Below are positions 36,278 to 45,315 of a stretch of 64,000 bases of DNA, one piece after another. The position numbers were made by a program, and so were the translations under genes. Each line of letters begins with the position of its first letter. The stretch's first letter is position 1. The notes beneath the pieces were generated by a model. It searched no databases. It was not told the origin of the DNA and saw nothing but the letters and a program-made list of their open reading frames with translations. The DNA comes from a virus: IMG/VR virus record IMGVR_UViG_3300032282_004053, positions 3,987 to 67,986 of that record. The stretch is one strand, 5' to 3'.

Positions 36278-38101
36278 CTATTTCATTGGACCTACAATTG
36301 TGCCGCTATTACCAAATGAAATATTAGATATACCGTCAATTGCATAGCCGGCGGCGCCACCACCTCCTCCTAAACTAGGATTTTGACTAAATTGGCCACC
36401 CTGGCCCGGTTTTCCAAGATCACCTCCCCAACCAGCATAAGTACCAGGGGAGCCGGGCCAAAATATTTTTGTTTCCGGTGGAGTTGGATCACGATTAATA
36501 TATCCAGCACTACCGTCGTATAGATTATAAAAACTTCGAGGGAACCCGCCACCAATTCCACCGTAGTAGCCGGCGCCACCTCCACCACCACCAAAAATAT
36601 GGGCACTAGTAAAGGATCCGGTGCCTCCACCGCCACCTCCTCCGGCAATTAATCCATTATTAATTACAGTGGTGCGGAATTGAGCGAGTAAAGCAGAGCC
36701 TCCCGGCCCTCCAGTCCTATCACTAAAATCTGACGGGATACCTGTTCTGTTAAATCCATAGCTGCCGCCGGCGCCGCCGTGTCCCACAATATAACCGTTA
36801 TTAATTATAGTTAATGCGGACTCAACCGTAAACCATCCAGTGCTAGATGGAAAATCGGCTCCGGTATCAAAGGCATATCTATCAGAGGTTGTAGCACCTA
36901 CTATTACTCCGCTATTAATTGTTACTGTTGCAATAATAGGAACTACTTTATTCCATCCGGCAGCTATTGCAGCTTCTTTTAAGTTATAATTAGTTGTATC
37001 TGAAGATATAATATCGTTAAATTCAAACCAAGGTGCAGGATATATTGTACCACCTGCTGAAAATGGTTTAGGTATAGTGTCAGCATATGTTATTCCGGTT
37101 ACGGTTGGAATTCCCCAAGTCTGGGATAAACCGTGACTAGTTGTCGGTGGTCTAACCGTTAATGCAACTGCGGTGCCGGCGCTAGCATATGTTTTACTAG
37201 GAACTTCTTCCCAGCAAATACTTAGATATATTGTATTGCCATTATCTTGATTGCCAGATTGTGTTCCGTTTGTATATGCACATAGACTTATTCTACTTTG
37301 CTGAAAATAATCTGCGCTATCACTTAAATTTTGCTGGATGCACAAAGATCGCTGGCGTTTGATATTATTATCAACCGTAGATAGATCATTAGTCGTAGGC
37401 AACCCGTAATACCCTCTAGAGGTATTTATTAATATAGGAGATACTATACCGCCCGACTTTTTAAATCCAGTATAATTTGTTCCAGCAATTCTAATAGTTT
37501 CCGTTATAGCTGAACTAAATATGCAGGTACCCATAAGTGTACCTAATGTATATAACTGTGCATCAATCCCTGATCCAGTTGGGTGCGAAAATGTTAATGC
37601 TAATTGACCACCGGTATTAAAGAAGTATCTTGCCTGATCGGCTGTATCAAATTTAATTTCAAATTCGAAGGTACAATGATCTATAAAGGTTGAGGAACTA
37701 GTTACTGTGGTTGTTATGTGCGTACCTTGTGAGGCCGCATTTAATCTATTTCTATATATGGTAGCAAGATTTGTAGGTATAGAATCTAAATATTTTATAA
37801 GAGCCCTAATATCATTGCTTGATGCGGTGTCGGACCCGCTAGTAGGTGGTGTAATAGCGATTATCGAAGAATTCTGATGAGATGCTATAGTAGCTATTTG
37901 ATCGATAAGAGTAATCCACTCTGTAATTTCGACTGAGTTACCAACAACCACGTTCGTTAGCCCGGGTTGTCCATATCCTGCTGTGCTATTTCCTACTCCC
38001 AATACAGAATACAACAAACCGGATATTTTGGCATTAGGTGGGCCCAACAAAGCATCATTGTAGTCAATTGCTTCTATTTTTCCTTTTCTTGCATATGCCA
38101 T
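36278..38101 (-). CDS. Tail adhesin paralog 2 with gp38-like glycine-rich C-terminus
   Basis: Colinear and highly similar to paralog 1 until the glycine-rich region. Confidence 0.8.
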   Translation of the reverse strand: MAYARKGKIEAIDYNDALLGPPNAKISGLLYSVLGVGNSTAGYGQPGLTNVVVGNSVEITEWITLIDQIATIASHQNSSIIAITPPTSGSDTASSNDIRALIKYLDSIPTNLATIYRNRLNAASQGTHITTTVTSSSTFIDHCTFEFEIKFDTADQARYFFNTGGQLALTFSHPTGSGIDAQLYTLGTLMGTCIFSSAITETIRIAGTNYTGFKKSGGIVSPILINTSRGYYGLPTTNDLSTVDNNIKRQRSLCIQQNLSDSADYFQQSRISLCAYTNGTQSGNQDNGNTIYLSICWEEVPSKTYASAGTAVALTVRPPTTSHGLSQTWGIPTVTGITYADTIPKPFSAGGTIYPAPWFEFNDIISSDTTNYNLKEAAIAAGWNKVVPIIATVTINSGVIVGATTSDRYAFDTGADFPSSTGWFTVESALTIINNGYIVGHGGAGGSYGFNRTGIPSDFSDRTGGPGGSALLAQFRTTVINNGLIAGGGGGGGTGSFTSAHIFGGGGGGAGYYGGIGGGFPRSFYNLYDGSAGYINRDPTPPETKIFWPGSPGTYAGWGGDLGKPGQGGQFSQNPSLGGGGGAAGYAIDGISNISFGNSGTIVGPMK

Positions 38102-38141
38102 AGTACACCTTTATTCTACTTATATTTATAATTATTTGATG
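38094..38141. repeat. 48-bp promoter/RBS/start repeat, copy 2
   Basis: 47/48 identical to 36227-36274. Confidence 0.9.
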
Positions 38142-38144
38142 CTA

Positions 38145-40004
38145 CTACGCTGTTGGGCCAAGAATTGTACCGGAAGCGTTGATTATAGTATTGTTTATAC
38201 CATATATAGAATAGCCGGTGCTGCCTCCAGTACCACCACCGCCGGCCCAAGTACCAGACCCACCTCCACCGTCTGCGCCTATCGCACCTAATACACCGCC
38301 AGTACCGCCAGTACCGCCTTGTCCACGAGCTGATAGACCCGGACCACCATTCCCGGGCGCGTCACGGCTCCCGGCGTCTCCGGGTGTCGCGCTAAAGCTA
38401 CCAAATTGACTACCACCGCCACCGGCCGGACCTGCGGCTCCAAATGGTTGACCTCCGCCGCCCCCGCCGGCGGCACCGTAGACTGGGGCAGCGCCGCGAG
38501 AAGCTCCACCCCCTCCACCGCCTCCACCTCCACCTCCTCCTGCAATTGTGCCATTATTAATTATAGTAGTGCGGAATTGAACCTGTAACGCGGGGCCACC
38601 GTCATTTCCCGGGCTACCGGGGCCGGCCCATGGCTGTGATTGAGCGGCAAATCCACCGCGGCCTCCTTGGCCGCCGCATCCAACAATATAACCGTTATTG
38701 ATTATAGTTAACTCAGACGCAACAATAAACCACCCGGTACTAGTACTTGGGAAATCGGCTCCAGTATCAAATGCATATCTATCTGTAGTTGTAGCATATA
38801 CATACACTCCGCTATTGATTGTTACTGTAGCATGAAGCGGTACTATTTGATTCCAGCCAGCAGCAATTGCTGCTTGTTTTAAGTTGTAATTTGATGTATC
38901 TTCTGATATAATAGGATTAAAGTCAAACCAAGGTGGAGAATAAAGAGTGCCGCCGGCAGAGAATGGTCTAGGTACGGTATCAGCATATGTTGTTCCGGTT
39001 ACCGTCGGGATTCCCCACGTTTGTGTAATACCTGCTGTTGTCTTTGGAGGGGTAACTGTTAGATTTACTATTGTACCGGCACTAGCATATGCGTTACTAG
39101 GTACTTCTTCCCAACAGATACTTAGATATATTATGGTGCCGTTATCTTGATTACCAGATTGTGTTCCATTCGTATATGCACAAACACTTATTCGACTTTG
39201 TTGAAAATAATCGTTAGGTGCACCTACATTTTGCTGTAATACTAGCGTTTGTTGACGTTTTGTAGCAGCATCAGTTGATAATTGACCATAAAACGGCAAT
39301 GCATTATAACCTTTAGTAGTATCTATAAAAATAGGGGCTTGTTGTCCGGCGGCTCTAGATTGGGTAAACCCCGTATAATTAGTGCCTGCGATTTTAACAG
39401 TTTCCGTTGTAGCTGAGCTAAATATGCAGTTACCCATAAGGTCACCCAAACTGCTAAATTGTGCGTTTATTCCACCGCTAGCGGGGTGAGAAAAAGTTAG
39501 TGAGAATTGGCCGCCGGCATTAAAAAAATATCTTGCTTGATCTGCGGTGTTAAATTTAATTTGAAAATCGAATGCACAATAATCTATAAATGTTGATACA
39601 CTCGTTTTTGTTGTGGTGGAAGGTGTATCTTGCTCGGCTGCATTTAATCGGTTCTGATATAATTTTGTAAGATTATCAACTATCGTACCAGTATATTTAA
39701 TAAGTGCGCCGGCGTCGTTTGTCGAAGAAGTATTTGACCCACTTGTAGGTACCGGCACAGTAGTAATTGTAGTACCTTGATGGGTGGCAATATTAGCGGC
39801 TGCGCTAATCAATGCGACCCATTCAGGAGTTTCGATTGGATCACCTACTGTAACGAAGGGCAAAGATGCTTGTCCGTACCCTGACTTGCCGGCACCTATA
39901 CCTAAAACAGTATGTAATCTACCGCCGGTATTAGTAATAGCAGGACCAAGTAAAGTTAAGTTATAGTCATCAGCCTGTACTTTAGTGTACCGTGCGTAGG
40001 TCAT
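38145..40004 (-). CDS. Tail adhesin paralog 1 with gp38-like glycine-rich C-terminus
   Basis: Same architecture; IINNGTIAGGGGGGG. Confidence 0.8.
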   Translation of the reverse strand: MTYARYTKVQADDYNLTLLGPAITNTGGRLHTVLGIGAGKSGYGQASLPFVTVGDPIETPEWVALISAAANIATHQGTTITTVPVPTSGSNTSSTNDAGALIKYTGTIVDNLTKLYQNRLNAAEQDTPSTTTKTSVSTFIDYCAFDFQIKFNTADQARYFFNAGGQFSLTFSHPASGGINAQFSSLGDLMGNCIFSSATTETVKIAGTNYTGFTQSRAAGQQAPIFIDTTKGYNALPFYGQLSTDAATKRQQTLVLQQNVGAPNDYFQQSRISVCAYTNGTQSGNQDNGTIIYLSICWEEVPSNAYASAGTIVNLTVTPPKTTAGITQTWGIPTVTGTTYADTVPRPFSAGGTLYSPPWFDFNPIISEDTSNYNLKQAAIAAGWNQIVPLHATVTINSGVYVYATTTDRYAFDTGADFPSTSTGWFIVASELTIINNGYIVGCGGQGGRGGFAAQSQPWAGPGSPGNDGGPALQVQFRTTIINNGTIAGGGGGGGGGGGGASRGAAPVYGAAGGGGGGQPFGAAGPAGGGGSQFGSFSATPGDAGSRDAPGNGGPGLSARGQGGTGGTGGVLGAIGADGGGGSGTWAGGGGTGGSTGYSIYGINNTIINASGTILGPTA

Positions 40005-40016
40005 CTATGGTATAAC

Positions 40017-41234
40017 CTATCGGATAGTAACTATAGCTTCGATTGTTCCTATAGCATCATCAAATTTTTCTGTTAGTGATCTTCCGATTGTATTGAATGA
40101 ATTTGGTTCACCTTGCTTTGCAGCACGTGCCATTCCATTACCTGCACTTACCAATCGATCACCTTTAGAAATTTTACCTAATACTTTTACTGGAACCCTA
40201 CCGCTAATAGCTACTGCAGGGTGAGTTTTATCTGAGCCGGCACGTGAATTCATCAAGTAACCTGCACTCATACTGATTACACCAAATACTTTATCACTTA
40301 GTTCTTCTTTTACAGCAGTGATTTCCTCAACACCACCCAACTCAACAACAGTACCGCACTCATATGTTGTATCACTAGCAAATCTCTCAGCTAAGTCAGC
40401 ATATGTCGCTTCAATACGAGCACCGGTATCTAATGTCCATACTCCGGAGATTACACCGCCACCCGCAATATGTGTAGTTGTGACACTATTTGGGTAAATG
40501 TCGCCACCGAATCTATAACCAGAACCAACATTAGCACCGGTCATATAATCAAACACGTTACCATTTGTATATGTACCTGTTGGGTTAAACGGTGCACCAT
40601 TTGAATACATATATGTATCGCACTTAACACCGTTAACGCTACCTTCAGCAAATGCGATATTACCAGTTAGAACAGAGAATGCATTGCCGGATGAGTTACC
40701 AACTGCGGTCCACGATCCGGTTATTGTACCTGCAGTAGTTGCAGATCCAGTTGTTATAGTTGCAGTTCTAGTTGATGTAATATTAGCACTTGAAATGTTT
40801 GCGCTAAGTGAGGTTAACGTACTAGTAACATTAGCTAGTCGTACTGTTATGGTATCTGCGTAGATATCATGTGCGAATGATGCATTGTTAGCTGTAATGT
40901 TTCCAGTAGCTACTATGTTTGCAAATGTAGATGTACCGCCCATCGTAGTTGATGTGATTGTTAGCCAAGCATTTGCATTTGTTGTACCATCTTCAGGACA
41001 AATATTCATAACTTGTAATGCTGTGTTATACCATAATTGCCCGCGAATTGGGTTAGATGGAGGGCTAGAATTTGCAAAATTTTCTACCATTCTAACAAAA
41101 TTGGTATCTTGTGCTTGTCCAAACCCTGCAAAATTACGTCCAGGTAAAGATAATGAAGTACTTCCAGTATTCATTGTTCCGTCCTGAATTGTTGTTAGGA
41201 CTGTGCCGTCGCTTCTAATGATTGTGTATGCCAT
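40017..41234 (-). CDS. Tail fibre/baseplate protein with C-terminal intramolecular chaperone (peptidase G2-like) domain
   Basis: YADLAERF...GTVV.LGG..EIT...VFGVIS...VAISGRVPVKV.G.I.KGDRLVS. Confidence 0.8.
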   Translation of the reverse strand: MAYTIIRSDGTVLTTIQDGTMNTGSTSLSLPGRNFAGFGQAQDTNFVRMVENFANSSPPSNPIRGQLWYNTALQVMNICPEDGTTNANAWLTITSTTMGGTSTFANIVATGNITANNASFAHDIYADTITVRLANVTSTLTSLSANISSANITSTRTATITTGSATTAGTITGSWTAVGNSSGNAFSVLTGNIAFAEGSVNGVKCDTYMYSNGAPFNPTGTYTNGNVFDYMTGANVGSGYRFGGDIYPNSVTTTHIAGGGVISGVWTLDTGARIEATYADLAERFASDTTYECGTVVELGGVEEITAVKEELSDKVFGVISMSAGYLMNSRAGSDKTHPAVAISGRVPVKVLGKISKGDRLVSAGNGMARAAKQGEPNSFNTIGRSLTEKFDDAIGTIEAIVTIR

Positions 41235-41267
41235 TTAAATAAACTCCGCTTATTTTAACTATTTATC

Positions 41268-41882
41268 TTATATTGTTACTAGATTCGTCAAACTCTGAAT
41301 TCGGACTGTATAATTAATCTGTATTTGACGATTCAAACTCTTTTGTACAGGGTGAAATATCACGTGAGTTAGCAATCTAGTTAACTCTCTTCCGGTGTTA
41401 TCTGTCCCGTAATCTGCCATTAGACCCAATTCATCAAACGTGTAAGGGCTTTCGGTTTGGGTACCATTATCGAAAGCAGTTTGCCCAGGAGGTTCACCGT
41501 AATCTAATACACATTGAACGACAATATCAGTATAAACCTTTCCAGCAGTATGACTAATTAGCATTTTATTTCTAGCCGGGTTCGTATTTAAAACACTTGT
41601 ATCGTCAATGATTACTGCATACGTTTCATTATAAAGCGCCGCATTTTGACCTACAGTATTAGTCGGTAAATAAGTGATAATTCCGGTTTCATCTACACTT
41701 GCCCCGCCGTTACCAAAAGCCATTTTATATATAGCTCCGGTCCCTCTATTGCTTAGCGTATAAGCCATAGCCTCGCTAATATTCTCATAATGGATCGCAT
41801 TAGATTTATCCACTAAAACTTCATTAGTATTTAGGTCAAAAATCTTTACAAACCCATCTACTTTAATTTGACAATTTGACAT
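41268..41882 (-). CDS. Structural protein of the baseplate/tail operon
   Basis: 204 aa, MAFGNGG, FDELGL, LLTHVIFHPVQKS..R.I.I.YTVRI. Confidence 0.75.
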   Translation of the reverse strand: MSNCQIKVDGFVKIFDLNTNEVLVDKSNAIHYENISEAMAYTLSNRGTGAIYKMAFGNGGASVDETGIITYLPTNTVGQNAALYNETYAVIIDDTSVLNTNPARNKMLISHTAGKVYTDIVVQCVLDYGEPPGQTAFDNGTQTESPYTFDELGLMADYGTDNTGRELTRLLTHVIFHPVQKSLNRQIQINYTVRIQSLTNLVTI

Positions 41883-42034
41883 TACTCATCACCTCTAGTT
41901 TCTAGTAAGACTTCCTGTGTTTCTGGATCAAATATCTTCACAAATGAACTAAAATAGAAACCGCTATTCTCATTGGGGATAGCACCAGGACTAGCCTCTT
42001 CTACTTTATTATTAATTGTATCATCCGTATTCAT
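41882..42034 (-). CDS. 50-aa protein resembling the N-terminus of the downstream gene (not in ORF track)
   Basis: MNTDDT...FSSFVKIFDPETQEVLLETRGDE; TAAATA 7 nt upstream and TAATG overlap downstream. Confidence 0.75.
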   Translation of the reverse strand: MNTDDTINNKVEEASPGAIPNENSGFYFSSFVKIFDPETQEVLLETRGDE

Positions 42035-42051
42035 AATAGTGTATTTATCTC

Positions 42052-45000
42052 TTATATAGACCCGTATTTTAAGAAGTTTGCAGCGTCGGTATTACTCAAT
42101 TGAAGCGGATCCCCGGTTTCTACTGAATACGTTGTGCTATTCCATGTCTTATTATAATAGAGGGTAGACAATTCATTAGTAGGCACTAAACTGTTAACAA
42201 CCGCATACGTTGTGTGTATTGTAACTTCTCCGGTACCCTGTACTCCTCGAATTAGTTGGCTAACAGTGTTATTTTGGTAATCGACTACTTTAAAGCTAAT
42301 ACGCTCACTATCTATTAATACGACATTACCCAAACGTAGAGTAATCTGCACCTCATCCCCGTCATTTACTTGCTTACTAAATGATATTGTTGGGATCGCA
42401 TTTATATTTGTTAACGCATAAGAATCCTTATCTAAGGTTGTCAGAGAAGTTACATTATATACCACAACTTCTTTAACCGTCTCTATTACGCATTGTACTC
42501 TAACCTGCAATAGATCATTGAGAGTAGTAACAATACCCGGAATATGTAATTCACTTATAAGTGTAGAAACATCTCTCACATGTATTATATCATCCGTGCT
42601 TAAGAGGTCTGCGGTTAACCAAGTTGCTGTTCCGCTATTTGCTCGGTAAACATTACTAGTCCCGTTCTTATCTACATTCATTGTATATACTATCTCGTTT
42701 GGAGTAGCAGTGGGCACCATACTAGTAACTTGTACTATATCATCCGGAGCAATCGTAGTTAATATATTTAGATTATTGCCTACGTAGAATCTAGCTTGTT
42801 CAGGATTGACTCTAAGCCCGTTAACCGTAATAAACAATCTAGTTGCATCAGTCATTGCATATCCCTGTGATATTGTAAAGACTTGCGAGGATAACCAAAC
42901 ATATCCGCCGGGACTAGAATAATTTGAAATCAGATTGGGATCTACACCCAAAGTTAAAGCAAGATCAGTGTACAATCTATATGTGAAATAATCAACACCT
43001 TCTTCAGCATAGATATCAGAGACTTTGATATAATAAGAGTTACCGTTAAGTTGCTTACTACCGCGTACTCCATCTATAATAACTTGATCGCCATCAACAA
43101 AACCTGGATCATAACTAGCTATAATTATTGACACCGGTCTAGTAGAGTTATCTACATAATAGATTGGATTAACTCGTAATATATCAGTAGTATCGGTAAT
43201 TAGTGATTGCTGCGAAGTATCGTTATATGTTGTTACTGCAAGTATATCACCGTCATTGGGTATGACTGCTAAAGTTAATATCCCGCTATCTAGTGTGTAA
43301 TCGTGAAATACCGGATCAACTCCATAGCGTAATCTAACTCCATTCAATTCTACTATTGAATTCTCTATATTAGCATCACCTGAAAAATTATCTAAAGTAA
43401 AGGTATCGGTTAATCCGTCGCCAGTAAACAATTGCACTTCTGGAATACTATATCCATATTGTGTTTCACCTGTTGGACCAAACACAGTAAATGTTATATA
43501 TGTACTATCCGGATCATATGTAGTATCAAATATTATCTTTGTTAGTCCGATTGAATCTGTTGTTATAATATAATCAACCGGATATACCAACTTTACTCCA
43601 TTACAATAACAGACAGGATTAGAATATACTATGGAATTATATTTGTATCCTAATCGTAATTCACTAAATCCAGTTACTGCATCAATTCGTAACGGCAAAT
43701 TGTCAGTATTATCTTTGAATAGTTGATTACTGCCGCCCACCTCATATGCTTCAATGAGTAATGATTCATCATCATCTAATGAAGTATCGATTGTTATTTC
43801 TTTAGTAATCCAATTTACCGAATAGGTGTAGGGGATGTTAGTAGTAAGTGTATCTTCGTAAATTCTAATTCCAATATTAGTATTATCATTGATCACATAT
43901 ACTGCAATTGCAGCAGGGATATCCACTAAATTTGCAAAGCTAGCTACGTTAACGGTTAATGCTAACTTAGTTCGGGTGGATCTCATCATAAATCCAGTAT
44001 GACCATATACTTCAAAATCCCAATTTGCACTTGGTCGAGTTCGTACATACATATTTAGATTGTCAGATATAACACCAGACACTAATTCTTCTGGACCATA
44101 ACCAGACATAAATGTAGAACCCTGTATGTTGTATAATGTATCTGCTACACCAATTGACAATGTGGTCCATTCAACCGCATCACTACTTGTTAATATAACT
44201 GAGTTAGAACCAACCACTACAAATCGAGTTCCATCATATATAATTGCTGTCAGGTCCGAAGAAACGCCACTAGTTTGTTCAACCCACGTTGTTCCATCAG
44301 TAGATGTTAATATTGTACCATCATTCCCTACGGTGACATATTGTTCCTGAGCATAGATCACATCTAGTAAATCTACTACGGCGCCGGTATCAACTGGTGT
44401 CCAATTGCTACCATTTACACTAGTACAAGCTTTCCCCGAATTACCAACTGCTACTATAAGACTACTAGAAGAGGCTATACCATATAATGCGGTTCCAATA
44501 ATTGCAGGGTAAACACGATTCCAACTAACACCGTCAACACTAACCATAACCAACGGTGATACTGAAGAAGAAAATACTAAATGTGCCGCAGTATATGCTA
44601 GGTCTTGACTTGCCCCTACTGCAATAAATCCAGTAAAGCTACCGGGAAGATTTGTATATATAACACTCTTAAGCAATCTAGTAAACGGAGTATTGAAAGT
44701 ATATACAGTATTCCAAACCATACCATCAGCACTAGATACTATCACTTTGTCACCTACAGCAACATATCGACCATCGGACGCTGCGGTAGAGTAAAGAGAA
44801 CACTTATCAATTACCATAGATAGGTTATCATAAGCATATTCATCATATGATTTATTACTAAATCCTGATCTACCACTTACTGATACCCAATCTGTGCCGT
44901 CGGTGCTAATATATGTCGGAGAATCACTAGTAGTTGAACTAGCAATAAAATAAGAACCGCTATACGAAATATCAGTAACATTTACTGCATTTTCTGACAT

Positions 45001-45315
45001 TTTATTAGATTCCCAATTTACGCCATCATCACTAATTAAATAATATGCATGTTGATCACTATTCCCGATAGCAACATATCTAGAGATTCCGTTAAATGCG
45101 ATAGCAACAAGTTGTATATCATTAGGATAGAATGTCTGATCGCGCAATTCAATATCTATATCATACGCATCTTCAGGGGAAAACGCATTACCTCTGTAAG
45201 TATTTTCCTGATAAGTAATACCCTTAACTAATGTGTTTAAGTTTCTACCTGGCATATTACTAGTTGGCTGGTAGTATGCAACTATTCTATCTAGTGCGTT
45301 AAGACCTGTTTTCAT
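42052..45315 (-). CDS. Baseplate-associated protein with Asp-box (BNR) beta-propeller
   Basis: Seven S.DG..W-type repeats (SDDGVNW, STDGTDW, SADGMVW, SVDGVSW, SVNGSNW, STDGTTW, SSDAVEW). Confidence 0.75.
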   Translation of the reverse strand: MKTGLNALDRIVAYYQPTSNMPGRNLNTLVKGITYQENTYRGNAFSPEDAYDIDIELRDQTFYPNDIQLVAIAFNGISRYVAIGNSDQHAYYLISDDGVNWESNKMSENAVNVTDISYSGSYFIASSTTSDSPTYISTDGTDWVSVSGRSGFSNKSYDEYAYDNLSMVIDKCSLYSTAASDGRYVAVGDKVIVSSADGMVWNTVYTFNTPFTRLLKSVIYTNLPGSFTGFIAVGASQDLAYTAAHLVFSSSVSPLVMVSVDGVSWNRVYPAIIGTALYGIASSSSLIVAVGNSGKACTSVNGSNWTPVDTGAVVDLLDVIYAQEQYVTVGNDGTILTSTDGTTWVEQTSGVSSDLTAIIYDGTRFVVVGSNSVILTSSDAVEWTTLSIGVADTLYNIQGSTFMSGYGPEELVSGVISDNLNMYVRTRPSANWDFEVYGHTGFMMRSTRTKLALTVNVASFANLVDIPAAIAVYVINDNTNIGIRIYEDTLTTNIPYTYSVNWITKEITIDTSLDDDESLLIEAYEVGGSNQLFKDNTDNLPLRIDAVTGFSELRLGYKYNSIVYSNPVCYCNGVKLVYPVDYIITTDSIGLTKIIFDTTYDPDSTYITFTVFGPTGETQYGYSIPEVQLFTGDGLTDTFTLDNFSGDANIENSIVELNGVRLRYGVDPVFHDYTLDSGILTLAVIPNDGDILAVTTYNDTSQQSLITDTTDILRVNPIYYVDNSTRPVSIIIASYDPGFVDGDQVIIDGVRGSKQLNGNSYYIKVSDIYAEEGVDYFTYRLYTDLALTLGVDPNLISNYSSPGGYVWLSSQVFTISQGYAMTDATRLFITVNGLRVNPEQARFYVGNNLNILTTIAPDDIVQVTSMVPTATPNEIVYTMNVDKNGTSNVYRANSGTATWLTADLLSTDDIIHVRDVSTLISELHIPGIVTTLNDLLQVRVQCVIETVKEVVVYNVTSLTTLDKDSYALTNINAIPTISFSKQVNDGDEVQITLRLGNVVLIDSERISFKVVDYQNNTVSQLIRGVQGTGEVTIHTTYAVVNSLVPTNELSTLYYNKTWNSTTYSVETGDPLQLSNTDAANFLKYGSI

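Noticed and set aside
31510-40004. Diversity-generating retroelement or invertase shufflon acting on the adhesins
   Set aside because: No reverse transcriptase, recombinase, inverted cassettes or adenine-specific template/variable repeat pair was seen in this window
31510-41234. TAG reassignment or readthrough fusing tail genes (in-frame junctions at 40017/40004 and 34495/34485)
   Set aside because: Other TAG junctions are out of frame, and multi-kb genes including the 4110-aa ORF have no internal TAG, so the standard code fits
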